DNA of 64,000 nucleotides from Deltaproteobacteria bacterium (GTDB lineage: Bacteria > Desulfobacterota > Syntrophia > Syntrophales > UBA2210). Position numbers and translations under genes: made by a program. Location: positions 1,474 through 65,473 of the forward strand of contig JAFGGB010000092.1 in the NCBI GenBank assembly GCA_016930775.1. Reading direction: 5' to 3'. Below, piece by piece: positions 36,554 to 46,381 of the stretch. A model generated the notes under the pieces. It had not been told where the DNA came from. It searched no databases and saw nothing but the letters and a program-made list of their open reading frames with translations. The number at the start of each line of letters is the position of its first letter. Position 1 is the stretch's first letter.

Positions 36554-38125
36554 CTATTTCAACCAGTGTCTTAATAATTCCGCAAATTTCTGTGAATCCT
36601 TCGAAGCCATGACTTTCAGAAGATCGACTTCGTCGTTCATCGCCGGCGCCTCCAGGGCAGCCGGAACATGACCGGCGGAGAGACGACCTCCCTCCAAGGC
36701 AGGCGTCGCTTCACGATAGGGCCTCATTTCCTCCGATCCCCGAAGGGAAAGGGTCCGGACAAGAGGCCTGACGACGAGGAGCACAACGAGGAGAATCACA
36801 ACCAGCGTCAGAACATACTTAATCATCGGGAAAATCAACCGCACTGCCGTATCCCACATTCCTGCAGCCTCCGGTTCGACATCCTGGAGTTCCTTCCGGA
36901 AGGGAATGCTCGAAAGGGCGACCTGGTCGCCCCGGTCGGCATTGAAACCAACGGCCGTCTTAACGAGGCCTTCCAGTTCGGTCATCTCTTTCTTGGATCG
37001 TGGACGGAATTCCTCGACGCCCTTGTCGTTTTTCTCATAGACTCCATCGACGAGAATGGCGACGGAAAGCCGAAGAACCTCGCCCATGGGCATGACGGTT
37101 TTACTTATCGTTCTGTTTATCTCATAACTTATCGATTCATCTGTCTTTTCAAGTCCGGAACCAGGACGAGCGGCAGCGCCCGCGGCGGCCGGCTGAATAG
37201 TGCTCTGCCCCCCCGTGACGGCCTGCGACGCCTTCTCCACTCTCCGTTGCATATTTCTGACGACCGGTTCCGCAGGATCGAATATCTCCTCGGTTTTTTC
37301 CTGCATTTTGAAATCGAGCATCGCCGAAACCCTCGCAACGACCTTCCCCTGTCCGACAACCCGTTCCAGCATGCTCTGCAGACGATCGGCCAGATCGCGT
37401 TCCATGGTCCTCTGAAACTCGGCCTGCGAGGATGTCGTCTTTGCCAGCGCCGTATCGCCTCCCCTTTTGGAAAGTACGGCGCCCCGGTTGTCCACGATTA
37501 TCACGTTATCGGGCGCCAGACCCTCGACACTCATGGCGACAAGGTGGACTATGCCCTCGATCTGAAGGGGTTTCAAGGACTTGCTTGGGTGGAGCTTCAC
37601 GACCACCGAGGCTGACGGTTTGGAATCCTTGTCGATGAAAAGACTCTTCTTGGGAATAACGATATGGACTCTGCTTCCCTCGATCTCATCGAGACTGTTG
37701 ATGGTGCGGGACAATTCGCCCTGGAGAGCTCGCTGATAATTCAGCTGCTGGGCGAATTCGGTAACTCCGATGTTCCGGGCATCGAAGATCTCGAAACCGA
37801 TGCCGCCGCCTTGGGGAAGACCCTCGGAAGCCAGATCCATTCTTAGTTCGGATACCTTCTCATTGGGAACCAGGATCGAGTCCCCGCCGGCAGACAACCG
37901 GTAGACAATCTTTCTCTCCTTGATTTTCGAGATGATCTTTCCCGCATCGGTCGGCGACAGATTCGAATAGAGGAGGCCGTATTCCACGCGGCCCGCCAGG
38001 AGGGCCAATCCCAGAATGCTCGCGAAGCACATCAGTCCCGCCGCCATGATGACGACCTTGCGCTGCGGCGGTAGCGACTGGAAGCCCTTCCCAACCTGTG
38101 AAAAGAAAGAAAACAGAGAATCCAT
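36554..38125 (-). CDS. fliF: MS-ring protein FliF
   Basis: 523 aa. N-terminal TM segment, ...LYSNLSPTDAGKIISKIKE..., and a second TM segment near the C terminus. Confidence 0.95.
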   Translation of the reverse strand: MDSLFSFFSQVGKGFQSLPPQRKVVIMAAGLMCFASILGLALLAGRVEYGLLYSNLSPTDAGKIISKIKERKIVYRLSAGGDSILVPNEKVSELRMDLASEGLPQGGGIGFEIFDARNIGVTEFAQQLNYQRALQGELSRTINSLDEIEGSRVHIVIPKKSLFIDKDSKPSASVVVKLHPSKSLKPLQIEGIVHLVAMSVEGLAPDNVIIVDNRGAVLSKRGGDTALAKTTSSQAEFQRTMERDLADRLQSMLERVVGQGKVVARVSAMLDFKMQEKTEEIFDPAEPVVRNMQRRVEKASQAVTGGQSTIQPAAAGAAARPGSGLEKTDESISYEINRTISKTVMPMGEVLRLSVAILVDGVYEKNDKGVEEFRPRSKKEMTELEGLVKTAVGFNADRGDQVALSSIPFRKELQDVEPEAAGMWDTAVRLIFPMIKYVLTLVVILLVVLLVVRPLVRTLSLRGSEEMRPYREATPALEGGRLSAGHVPAALEAPAMNDEVDLLKVMASKDSQKFAELLRHWLK

Positions 38126-38143
38126 TCGTTCCCTCCGGTATTC

Positions 38144-38446
38144 TTAGACCTGCATCCTCATGATTTCCTGATAGGCCTCAAGCAGCTTGTTCCGCACCTG
38201 CATCATGGTCCGGAAAGATATATCGGCCTTTTCCAGGGCGATCATGGCTTCATGGATGCTTCCCGTATTTCCCAGTTCGACATGCTCGATGGCCTTGTCC
38301 GCATCCGTCTGAAGCTTGCTTATGTCGTTCACCGCCTGTTTCAGCACATCCCCGAAGGAACCGCCGTTCTTCGGCGAGCGACCGGCGCCTGCTATGCTCC
38401 CCGGACCGACGCCCTTGACAGAGTTTCCAATCGTAAGGTCTGACAC
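38144..38446 (-). CDS. fliE: Hook-basal body protein FliE
   Basis: C-terminal ...IHEAMIALEKADISFRTMMQVRNKLLEAYQEIMRMQV. Confidence 0.9.
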   Translation of the reverse strand: MSDLTIGNSVKGVGPGSIAGAGRSPKNGGSFGDVLKQAVNDISKLQTDADKAIEHVELGNTGSIHEAMIALEKADISFRTMMQVRNKLLEAYQEIMRMQV

Positions 38447-38473
38447 TGGAACACCTCCTGTTCCCCTACCGGT

Positions 38474-38899
38474 TTACTTGCCGATTTCCAGAGCCTTGAG
38501 GGCCATTCTTTTCGTTGCGTCGAAGGCCGTGACGCAGGCCTCGTAGGCTCTGTTTGCCGTGATCATGTCGGACATCTCCACAACGGTGGAGACGTTTGGG
38601 AAGGTCACGAATCCCTGCGGATCCGCATCGGGATGACCGGGATCGTAAACCTTTTTCAATCCTTCCTTGTCTTCGACGACTCCATCCACCTGGACGGATC
38701 GAAGGGCCGTCGTCATGGCCTCGTTAAATGATCCTGGAAGCGGCTCCGACGAAAAGACTATAATCTTTCGCTTATAGGGACCTCCCTCGGCGGTTCTCGT
38801 TGTACCCGCATTGGCAAGGTTGGTCACGATGACGTCCATCTTGGCCCGTTGAGCCCGAAGACCGGAAGAACAAATTTCAAAGGAAGTTAAGAATTCCAT
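38474..38899 (-). CDS. flgC: Proximal rod protein FlgC
   Basis: ...SGLRAQRAKMDVIVTNLANAGTTRT... and ...MITANRAYEACVTAF. Confidence 0.95.
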   Translation of the reverse strand: MEFLTSFEICSSGLRAQRAKMDVIVTNLANAGTTRTAEGGPYKRKIIVFSSEPLPGSFNEAMTTALRSVQVDGVVEDKEGLKKVYDPGHPDADPQGFVTFPNVSTVVEMSDMITANRAYEACVTAFDATKRMALKALEIGK

Positions 38900-38900
38900 G

Positions 38901-39260
38901 TTATTTCACCTGAGTCAGCATATTTTTAATGCCCCGGAACTTCCGGGCCAGAAACTCCGCCGAGAGATTATACTGAAGCTGATTTTCTGCAAGTCGGGAC
39001 ATTTCCCTGTCTATATCAACCTTCTCGGCCGTCGTCAGGGTCTCGTAACGATCGGCCGGTTTTATCGCAGAGGAATCGGCGCCGCCGTCGCGTTCCTTCA
39101 TTACCAGGCGGAGATATTCATCCCGGAACTTCAGCTCTTTCGCTTCGTAACCCGGGGTGTCAATATTGGCGACATTCGATGAAATGATTTTATGACGCTC
39201 GGCATGATAGTCCATGAGAGCCGAGAGCATATCCACCGTTTTTCCGAAGAGTGCCTTCAT
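38901..39260 (-). CDS. flgB: Proximal rod protein FlgB
   Basis: ...HAERHKIISSNVANIDTPGYEAKELKF and C-terminal ...MSRLAENQLQYN. Confidence 0.9.
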   Translation of the reverse strand: MKALFGKTVDMLSALMDYHAERHKIISSNVANIDTPGYEAKELKFRDEYLRLVMKERDGGADSSAIKPADRYETLTTAEKVDIDREMSRLAENQLQYNLSAEFLARKFRGIKNMLTQVK

Positions 39261-39294
39261 ATTTGCTCCTTTCGCTCCTCATTCCTCATTTGAA

Positions 39295-39310
39295 AGCAAA
39301 GGCCGTACCA
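39295..39310 (-). promoter_or_regulatory. Sigma-54 promoter for the flgB-led operon
   Basis: The minus strand reads TGGTACGGCCTTTGCT against TGGCACG-N4-TTGCW. It ends 34 nt upstream of the flgB ATG, in the 75-nt gap after the activator gene. Confidence 0.7.
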
Positions 39311-39335
39311 GTTTTACCCGCAGACCGCTCGATTG

Positions 39336-40733
39336 TCAGGACAAGGACGCATCTTTCTTGTATTCGTTAAGTTTGTTCCTCATTGTCCGGACGCTGATGC
39401 CGAGCAACTGCGAGGCTCTCGTCTTGTTGCCGCCGACGCTCGCAAGGGTGTCAAAAATGATCTTCTTTTCGTGATCTCTCAGGGTTGGTTGCTCTGCCAA
39501 TGCCGGTTCAACCGGCTCTGCATATTTCTCTTCCGCAGATGAAACCCCGCAGTTTACGGCGGCGCCCTCGAGATGGAGATGTTCCGGCCCGATGGCGCAG
39601 TTGCCGCAGAGAAGGATCGCCCGTTCGATCACGTTCTCGAGCTCCCGGACATTGCCCGGCCAGGAATACTGCTGGAGAAGGGAACGGACCTCGCCGGAGA
39701 GGAAGGGCTTCTGTCGCCCGTTAATGACACAGTATTTCTCAAGAAAATGATCTATCAGAACATCCATGTCCCCTTTGCGCTCTCTCAGTGGGGGTATTCT
39801 CAGGGGAATAACGTTGAGCCGGTAATAGAGATCTTCCCGGAACCGTTCCTCGGCGATCCTCTTCTTCAAATCTCTGTTCGTCGTGGCGATGATCCGGACA
39901 TCCACGGAAACCGGCTCCTTGCCGCCGAGCCGATCGATCTCCGATTCCTGGAGAGCCCGCAGAAGCTTGGCCTGGAGCTGCACATCCATCTCGCTGATCT
40001 CGTCAAGCAGAAGGGTTCCGCCCTGGGCCAGCTCGAACTTTCCGATTTTCCTGAAGGATGCGCCGGTAAACGCCCCCTTTTCGAAACCGAACATCTCGCT
40101 TTCCAGAAGGTTTTGAGGTATGGCCGCGCAATTGATCGCCACGAAGGGCATGGCGGCCCTGTTGCTGTGAACATGGAGATGCCGGGCGAAGAGTTCCTTC
40201 CCTGTTCCGCTCTCTCCCTGAATCAGGACGCTCGATTTACTTGCCGCGACCGTTTCTATGATTTCTATGAGTCTCTTCATCGAAGCATCGGAAGTGATAA
40301 TCGACCGTTCGACGCTGCCGCTCGCCCGGGTGGAATGAATCTCCCGGGGCATCCTCGCACCATCTGCGGCATCGGAAAGCACTCTTTTTACGACCGATTC
40401 AAGGCTGTCCAGGGAAAAGGGTTTCATGATGAAATCCGCCGCCCCTTCTCTCATAGCCTCCACGGCCGTATTGACTGTGCCATAGGCTGTGATGACGACA
40501 ACCGGCGTGTCCGGCGACCGCTCCTTGATGCCCCGGAGAAGTTCCATGCCCCCCATCTTGGGCATTTTCATATCGGTAATAACAAGTTCAAAGCGATCGG
40601 CCCGAAAAATCTCAAGAGCCTCGCATCCGTTCGCCGCTGTTGCGACAGTGAAGCCGCAGCTTTCAAGCGACTCCGAAAGGGCCATTCTCATGGAAGGTTC
40701 ATCGTCGACTATCAGGATCGACCTTGTTCTCAT
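39336..40733 (-). CDS. Sigma-54-dependent response regulator (FlrC/FleR-like: REC + AAA+ + Fis-type HTH)
   Basis: REC domain (LVITDMKMP), AAA+ domain with VLIQGESGTGKE and GAFTGA (EKGAFTGA), and C-terminal HTH ...NKTRASQLLGISVRTMRNKL. Confidence 0.93.
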   Translation of the reverse strand: MRTRSILIVDDEPSMRMALSESLESCGFTVATAANGCEALEIFRADRFELVITDMKMPKMGGMELLRGIKERSPDTPVVVITAYGTVNTAVEAMREGAADFIMKPFSLDSLESVVKRVLSDAADGARMPREIHSTRASGSVERSIITSDASMKRLIEIIETVAASKSSVLIQGESGTGKELFARHLHVHSNRAAMPFVAINCAAIPQNLLESEMFGFEKGAFTGASFRKIGKFELAQGGTLLLDEISEMDVQLQAKLLRALQESEIDRLGGKEPVSVDVRIIATTNRDLKKRIAEERFREDLYYRLNVIPLRIPPLRERKGDMDVLIDHFLEKYCVINGRQKPFLSGEVRSLLQQYSWPGNVRELENVIERAILLCGNCAIGPEHLHLEGAAVNCGVSSAEEKYAEPVEPALAEQPTLRDHEKKIIFDTLASVGGNKTRASQLLGISVRTMRNKLNEYKKDASLS

Positions 40734-40747
40734 GGTTCACCTTGATC

Positions 40748-42031
40748 CTATAATGGGCCGTGCCAGGAAGCTTCGCATCGGGTCTCCGGAAGAAGAGGCA
40801 GCGTAACGGAAAAAATCGTGGCGCCCGGTTCCGATCTCTCAAGATCCAGGGTCCCGCCGTGGATCTCCACGATGTTATGAGCGATCGTTAGACCGAGGCC
40901 TGCGCCCTGTTCCCTCGTCGTAAAAAAAGGCGTAAATATTTTCTTGCAGCAATCTTCGGGAATGCCCTCGCCCGTATCGGTCAATCGAACGACCACTGAG
41001 TCGTCTGAACGCCCCTGTGTTTTCCGTGTCACGGCCGTTTTGACCGACAGGCTTCCACCCTCGGGCATGGCCTGAAGGGCGTTCAAGAGGAGGTTGAGAA
41101 AAACCTGCTTAAGCAGTTCCTCGTCTCCCTCAACAAGTGGAAGACCTTCTCCGAATCGAACGGAGAAATCAATCCGCCGACCCGTCATGATCCTTCTGGA
41201 AAAAGAAAGGGCCTCCTCCAGCACTTCATGGAGATTGAGGGTCCTCATGACAGGCGGCTGTTTCCGTGTAAAACGCAATAAGTTGGAAATCTTCCGGTCG
41301 ATTTCCTGTATCGTATCGATCATCCGGCTCAACCGTTCCCGGTTCTTTTCGTCCGGCACATCCTTACGGACAAGGGAGGCGAAAAGATCGAGGCTCCCGA
41401 GGGGATTCCTCAGTTCGTGGGCGATTCCCGCAGCGAGCTGACCCATTGCCGCCAGCGTCTCCGATCGTTTGGCTCTTTCTTCCATTTTCTCTATGTCCGT
41501 GACATCTCTGAGGACCACAATCCGGCCGGCCTCGTTTCCTTCTTCGGTCAGGGAATTTATGGTCACATCGACGAAGCGCCGGCCGAGAAGAATTTTTTTT
41601 GCCGTTGTCCCTTCCCCGGGAATTTTCGGACTCCGGAGTCTTTCCATCAAGGCGGGGCAAAGTGCGCCGAGGGGTTTGCCGGCGATTTCCTCGACGGAGC
41701 AATCCAGGAGCGAGGCTGCCGCCCCGTTGGCAATGGTTGCCCTGTCCTCACCGTCTGTTACGATCACGCCGGTGGTCAGGCTCTCGAGAATGCTTCTCAG
41801 ATAATTGGCAAGGCGCTGCCGATCAAGAACGGCTCTTTCCAATTCTATGTTCTTTCGTTCCAGCTCGGCGTTGAGCTTCTCGAATTTCTTTCCGAGCCGC
41901 TGGTACGCCCTTCGTATCCGCTGGGAGGCTCGTGTGAAATCTTCAAAGGAAAGACGGAGCGTCGAAATATCATCCCGTTTCTCCGGAAGATTCTTACTTT
42001 TACTGTCGCCGGCAGCGTTTTCCGTAAGCAT
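40748..42031 (-). CDS. PAS-containing sensor histidine kinase (FlrB/FleS-like)
   Basis: H-box AAGIAHELRNPLGSL, N-box LLNALQAM, G-boxes TDTGEGI and GAGLGL. The start at MLTEN (42031) clears the upstream stop at 42039. The ORF track start is 42124. Confidence 0.9.
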   Translation of the reverse strand: MLTENAAGDSKSKNLPEKRDDISTLRLSFEDFTRASQRIRRAYQRLGKKFEKLNAELERKNIELERAVLDRQRLANYLRSILESLTTGVIVTDGEDRATIANGAAASLLDCSVEEIAGKPLGALCPALMERLRSPKIPGEGTTAKKILLGRRFVDVTINSLTEEGNEAGRIVVLRDVTDIEKMEERAKRSETLAAMGQLAAGIAHELRNPLGSLDLFASLVRKDVPDEKNRERLSRMIDTIQEIDRKISNLLRFTRKQPPVMRTLNLHEVLEEALSFSRRIMTGRRIDFSVRFGEGLPLVEGDEELLKQVFLNLLLNALQAMPEGGSLSVKTAVTRKTQGRSDDSVVVRLTDTGEGIPEDCCKKIFTPFFTTREQGAGLGLTIAHNIVEIHGGTLDLERSEPGATIFSVTLPLLPETRCEASWHGPL

Positions 42032-42038
42032 CGGCACA

Positions 42039-44591
42039 TCATCCTTCCTGCAGATATTTGCCGAACCTGTCGTTCCAGGCTTTTGTCTGTGCCGAGTAAT
42101 CGATAATATTCTGCCAGAATTCATCCGGTCGTTTCTCTTTCAAAGAAGAGAAAATCTTTTCGCCTCCCGCTTGATCTCCCGAGAAGAGATAGCCACGGCC
42201 AATATTGTAGAGAAGCCATGGGTCTTCGTCATCTCCACGATACTCGCGGGATTTCTCGAACATTATCGTTGCCTGGCGGTAGTTTCCCTTCGCATAGAGG
42301 CAGTCGCCCAAGGCCTCGTAGGCCTCGGCCGCCAGGACCTTGGGCGCTTCCGATTTCGCTTGCCCGGCGCGATCGGCAGCCTTTTTGTAATAGACGAGGG
42401 CCGAGGGCTCATGCCCGAGAGCCCTGAGACAATCGGCGTATTTCTTGTAGATTCGGGCTGTCGTTTCGGCTTCTTTCCTCCCGATGACATCTGCATATAT
42501 ACTGAGAGCCTCGGCATAACGCCCTCTGTCGTGATAGAGATCGGCAAGCCGTTCCTGCGCCTGCCGGCGGGTCTTCTCATCGATCTCCCGCCCATGGGCA
42601 AGTATGCCATTGAGCAGTTCCTCCGCTTTCATAGTGTCGTTTTTCGCCAGAGACAGGCCAGACTCAATCAGCATGACCCTCGCTGCATAACGATACTCTC
42701 TGGGGCCTGGGGCGGCATGCTTCAGCAACGACTGCACATCCGTCACAAGATCGAGAGCAGCAAGGCTCTCGGCAATGACTATCAGGCACTCCGCACTGGC
42801 CGATTCCGCAAGGCCATGGGGCGCCGCCTTGAAATAGAGATTGCCGATGCCGAGATGGTCGCCTGTGGCGGCAAGACCGGGAACAAGGACTTCGGCGCAG
42901 TCGACAAGTTGTTTCTTCGCCTCTGCCGCATACGAGCTTCTCGGCGCCATGGCGAGCATATCGGAAAAGGCTTTAAAGGCTTCTTCGTACCGCTTCCCTT
43001 CCCGAAGAACCATCCCTTTTTTAAAAATAAGCTCTTCACGCTCCGCCGGGGACGATGCCCCGGCAATGAGACGGTCGAAGGTATCCGTAGGATGGCGGTA
43101 CGGTTCGATTCCCGGATAGAATGTATCTGAAAGATTGCAGAACGGGTCCTTGACGCCCAGGGACGCCATCATGAAAGCGCTCTTTGCGGCTTCCGGCGAG
43201 TCGGGACGGAATTCGACGACCCTATTCATCATCAGAAGCGCCAGTGTCGGTTTTCCCAGGATTTTGAAGCTCTCTGCAATCTGGATAAAGAGCGTCCCGT
43301 TGGACTCATCCTCGGGATAAAGATTCACATACCGGAGATACGCCTCCAGTGAGCGGTCATGGCGTCCCAGCTTGCTGTAGTACATGGCTGCCTTCGACAG
43401 CATGTCCTTCGGCATGTTGTCAATGGATGGAAGCTTATCCAGAGCCTTCTGATACCAGCGATCGGCTTCGTCGAACTTTTTCAACTGGGAGCAGCAATCG
43501 CCGATGAGGAAGTGGGCATCGACTGCGTAAGCTCCGCCGGCATAGCTTTTCACGTATCTCTCAAAAGCGTCGATCGCCTCATTGTATTGCTCCAGGAGAA
43601 TAGAAACCCGGCCTTTCAGAAAGAGCGTCTCGGCGGCGACTGGCGACGCTGGGTAAAGTTTCAGGAGGCGGGCGTATTCTCGGCGCGCCTCCATGTACAT
43701 CTTGGAATTTTCGTAGGAACGTCCCATTCGATGGAGAGCCTCGGCATTCTCTTCCTTGGCATTCGGGTAGGTGGATAGGACGAGCCGATAGATGTCGACG
43801 GCTTCCATATAATGACGGCTGTCGCCCTTCATTCCGAGAAAATAATGGCTGTCGGCAAGGCGCCGCAGGGCGCGTTCTCGCTCGGTTGGCCCAAGAGATC
43901 GATCGTTGATTAATGAGTTGAGTTGAGTCAGGGCTTCTCCATACCGCTCCTCGGCGAAGTTCTTAAGAGCCTCGCCAAAGGTCCCTTCGGGAAGAACCGC
44001 AGTTTCGGCGCCACTCTCCTGCTGAACAGCCTTGCCCGGCAACACCTTGCTGGCAGCGGCCGACGGGGTCCTGTCGACAGTTCCGGCGGCGCCGGGACTG
44101 TCGTTTTGCGGAGAATCGGGCGCGGCGGTCTCTTTCGCAACCTGTCGGGCCGCCCGAAGATCGCTCTTCTTTGACGAATCGTCGGCAACCGTCACTTTCG
44201 CTTTTCGGACAGCGCTCGCCGGTTCGAAGCTCGTTCTTTCTGCACCGCGTTCCAATGCATGTATTGAATATTTTTCCCTGCCCATGAGTTTCGCCAGAGA
44301 AAGGGCCGCTGCCTGGGCTTGCGCCTTCGTCGAATAGGGTCCCTCATAGACGCGGTACCATGTGCCTTTGCCCGTGATTTCCGCTTTCCGATAGAACGGC
44401 AGCTTGCCCAAAGGCTGGAGCGCCGTTATGATGGACTCCACGCCCTTGAAATGCTGGAAGGAAGCGATGTGAACGGCAAAGACTCTATCGCTCGGTTTTT
44501 CGGCGCTGCAATCCACGCGCGGGGCGGCGATCAGCATTGAAGCCGTAATGACGGCCAACAACCATGGCACATTCCAACATTCTTTCTTCAT
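42039..44591 (-). CDS. Secreted SPOR-domain plus multi-TPR protein
   Basis: Signal peptide, then FAVHIASFQHFKGVESII...GTWYRVYEGPYSTKAQAQAAALSL (SPOR-like). An Ala/Pro-rich linker follows, then many A..Y......Y..A TPR-like repeats. Confidence 0.8.
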   Translation of the reverse strand: MKKECWNVPWLLAVITASMLIAAPRVDCSAEKPSDRVFAVHIASFQHFKGVESIITALQPLGKLPFYRKAEITGKGTWYRVYEGPYSTKAQAQAAALSLAKLMGREKYSIHALERGAERTSFEPASAVRKAKVTVADDSSKKSDLRAARQVAKETAAPDSPQNDSPGAAGTVDRTPSAAASKVLPGKAVQQESGAETAVLPEGTFGEALKNFAEERYGEALTQLNSLINDRSLGPTERERALRRLADSHYFLGMKGDSRHYMEAVDIYRLVLSTYPNAKEENAEALHRMGRSYENSKMYMEARREYARLLKLYPASPVAAETLFLKGRVSILLEQYNEAIDAFERYVKSYAGGAYAVDAHFLIGDCCSQLKKFDEADRWYQKALDKLPSIDNMPKDMLSKAAMYYSKLGRHDRSLEAYLRYVNLYPEDESNGTLFIQIAESFKILGKPTLALLMMNRVVEFRPDSPEAAKSAFMMASLGVKDPFCNLSDTFYPGIEPYRHPTDTFDRLIAGASSPAEREELIFKKGMVLREGKRYEEAFKAFSDMLAMAPRSSYAAEAKKQLVDCAEVLVPGLAATGDHLGIGNLYFKAAPHGLAESASAECLIVIAESLAALDLVTDVQSLLKHAAPGPREYRYAARVMLIESGLSLAKNDTMKAEELLNGILAHGREIDEKTRRQAQERLADLYHDRGRYAEALSIYADVIGRKEAETTARIYKKYADCLRALGHEPSALVYYKKAADRAGQAKSEAPKVLAAEAYEALGDCLYAKGNYRQATIMFEKSREYRGDDEDPWLLYNIGRGYLFSGDQAGGEKIFSSLKEKRPDEFWQNIIDYSAQTKAWNDRFGKYLQEG

Positions 44592-44642
44592 GAAACAATC
44601 TGCCCTCTGTCCGCTGATTAAAAGCTATCCCTTGGGACAAAA

Positions 44643-44658
44643 AGCAATTTGCATACCA
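44643..44658 (-). promoter_or_regulatory. Sigma-54 promoter for the SPOR-TPR / kinase / activator operon
   Basis: The minus strand reads TGGTATGCAAATTGCT. It ends 51 nt upstream of the ATG at 44591. Confidence 0.65.
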
Positions 44659-44678
44659 GGAGGACTCGAAGGGAAAGA

Positions 44679-44699
44679 ATGCGGCGGAAAAGGCCGCAT
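44679..44699 (-). terminator. Candidate weak terminator hairpin after the upstream activator gene
   Basis: ATGCGGC-GGAAAAG-GCCGCAT is a 7-bp stem. On the minus strand only a patchy T-rich tract (TTCTTTCCCTT) follows. Confidence 0.3.
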
Positions 44700-44808
44700 C
44701 GGCCGAGGAAAGCGAGAGGGCTATGGATTTCCGGGAAAAAGGGCGGCGCCAATCATTTGACGGTTGAAGGCGAAAGGCTGAAGGGACGTCGGCCGGGGGC
44801 TCCGACGG

Positions 44809-46191
44809 TCATCGGGCGATGTTGTATCGTTTCAGTTTTTCAACCAGGGTAGTGCGGTTCAGACGAAGAAACTGCGCTGCTTTGTTTTTCACGCCGCCTG
44901 ATTTTGCCAGAGCCTTTTCGATAAGCATCTTTTCGAACCGGCTCACTTCTTCATTGAGATTGATTCCTTCGTCATTTACTTCCAGAGCAAAATCCCTGTC
45001 GTTTTTGCCGGATTCGATGCCATGGATTTTCTTTGGAAGGTCGGCCTGTTCGATAAAGCCCTGCTCCTTCAGGACCACGAGCATCTCTACGACATTCTGA
45101 AGCTCCCTGACATTGCCCGGCCAACGGTAGTTAATAAAAAGCCGCATGGCCTCAGGGGAAACGCCCTGGACGTTCTTTTTCTTCAGACGATTGAATTTTT
45201 TCAGGAAGTGGTTGATCAACGGCGGAATATCCACCCTATGGTCCCGCAGAGGAGGCACGTGGATGGGAATCACGTTGATTCGATAGAAAAGGTCTTCACG
45301 AAATTTCTTCTCTTCAACGGCTTTTTCCAAATTCTGATGGGTCGCGGCGATGATGCGAACATCCGTTTCTATCGTCTTCGTCCCGCCGATGCGTTCGAAC
45401 TGCTTCTCCTGAATCACTCGAAGAACCTTTACCTGCAACGAGGGACTCATATCGCCGATTTCGTCGAGAAAGATCGTTCCGCCCTGCGCCAGCTCGAACC
45501 TCCCCATCTTGCTTCTGATGGCGCCCGTGAAGGCGCCTTTCTCATGACCGAAAAATTCGCTTTCCAGAAGATCCTCAGGAATGGCGCCGCAGTTTACCGT
45601 AATGAGCTGGCGGTTTCTGCGGTCGCTGTTGAAATGGAGAGCACGGGCAACCAGTTCCTTGCCGGTCCCGCTTTCCCCGTATATGAGGACGGTGCTGTCT
45701 GAAGAAGAAACCTTCCTGATCGTCTCGAAAACGTCTTTCATGGCATCGCTGAAACCGATCATGTTGCCGAAATCGTATTTCTCTCTGAGGGATTCTTTGA
45801 GGGTAATATTTTCCTCTGCAAGGCAAGCGTACGATAGGGCCCTCTCGATGGTGATCTTGACAAGATCGTCCCTGAGCGGTTTGGTAATATAGTCGAAGGC
45901 GCCAAGTTTCATGGCCTCTACGGCACTGTTGACCGTGGCATATCCGGTCATAATAATTACCACATGGTTCGGATCTACTTCCTTGACAAACTTGAGCAAT
46001 TCAAGACCGTCGGCATGCGGCATCTTCAGATCGGTGATCACGAGGTCATACTTGTCGCAGGGAAAAGCTTCCATAGCCTCCCGGCCATCCTTCGTCGCCG
46101 TTACCAAGTAACCCTCGGCTTCAAGGAGCTCGACAAGATTCGCCCTGCTCAGGTCGTTGTCCTCGGCAATGAGCATCTTGAACTTTTTCAT
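44809..46191 (-). CDS. Sigma-54-dependent response regulator (FleQ/FlrA-position activator: REC + AAA+ + HTH)
   Basis: MKKFKMLIAEDN..., REC domain with LVITDLKMP, AAA+ domain VLIYGESGTGKE and EKGAFTGA, C-terminal ...NKAAQFLRLNRTTLVEKL. I chose the ATG at 46191; the 64-codon N-terminal extension in the ORF track is rejected. Confidence 0.93.
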   Translation of the reverse strand: MKKFKMLIAEDNDLSRANLVELLEAEGYLVTATKDGREAMEAFPCDKYDLVITDLKMPHADGLELLKFVKEVDPNHVVIIMTGYATVNSAVEAMKLGAFDYITKPLRDDLVKITIERALSYACLAEENITLKESLREKYDFGNMIGFSDAMKDVFETIRKVSSSDSTVLIYGESGTGKELVARALHFNSDRRNRQLITVNCGAIPEDLLESEFFGHEKGAFTGAIRSKMGRFELAQGGTIFLDEIGDMSPSLQVKVLRVIQEKQFERIGGTKTIETDVRIIAATHQNLEKAVEEKKFREDLFYRINVIPIHVPPLRDHRVDIPPLINHFLKKFNRLKKKNVQGVSPEAMRLFINYRWPGNVRELQNVVEMLVVLKEQGFIEQADLPKKIHGIESGKNDRDFALEVNDEGINLNEEVSRFEKMLIEKALAKSGGVKNKAAQFLRLNRTTLVEKLKRYNIAR

Positions 46192-46316
46192 TGAATCATC
46201 TCGGCGAGTAAAATTACGAACACCGATATGGGATGTAAACAAAAAAGATGCAATAGTCAACTGCAATCGGCCATTTTCTTCCGGGCATATCAGAGGAATT
46301 CTTTTCAAGAAAAGGC

Positions 46317-46343
46317 TAAAGTTCTCTCCCGATCGACCGATAA
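46317..46343 (+). promoter_or_regulatory. Sigma-28 promoter for the small-ORF / HD-GYP operon
   Basis: TAAA-N15-ACCGATAA (CTAAAGTT...ACCGATAA) against TAAA-N15-GCCGATAA. It lies 38 nt upstream of the ATG at 46382. Confidence 0.65.
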
Positions 46344-46381
46344 GCATTAGTGAGAGACGTGCGAAGTATAGTGAGGGTCCC

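Noticed and set aside
46249-46267. TGCAAT-N7-TGCAAT upstream of the first activator gene shares the 9-mer TGCAATAGT with the palindrome at 56290-56304.
   Set aside because: The half-site spacing differs (13 nt against 9 nt), and the shared 9-mer could be chance. No GG sits at the -24 distance, so it is not a sigma-54 site either.
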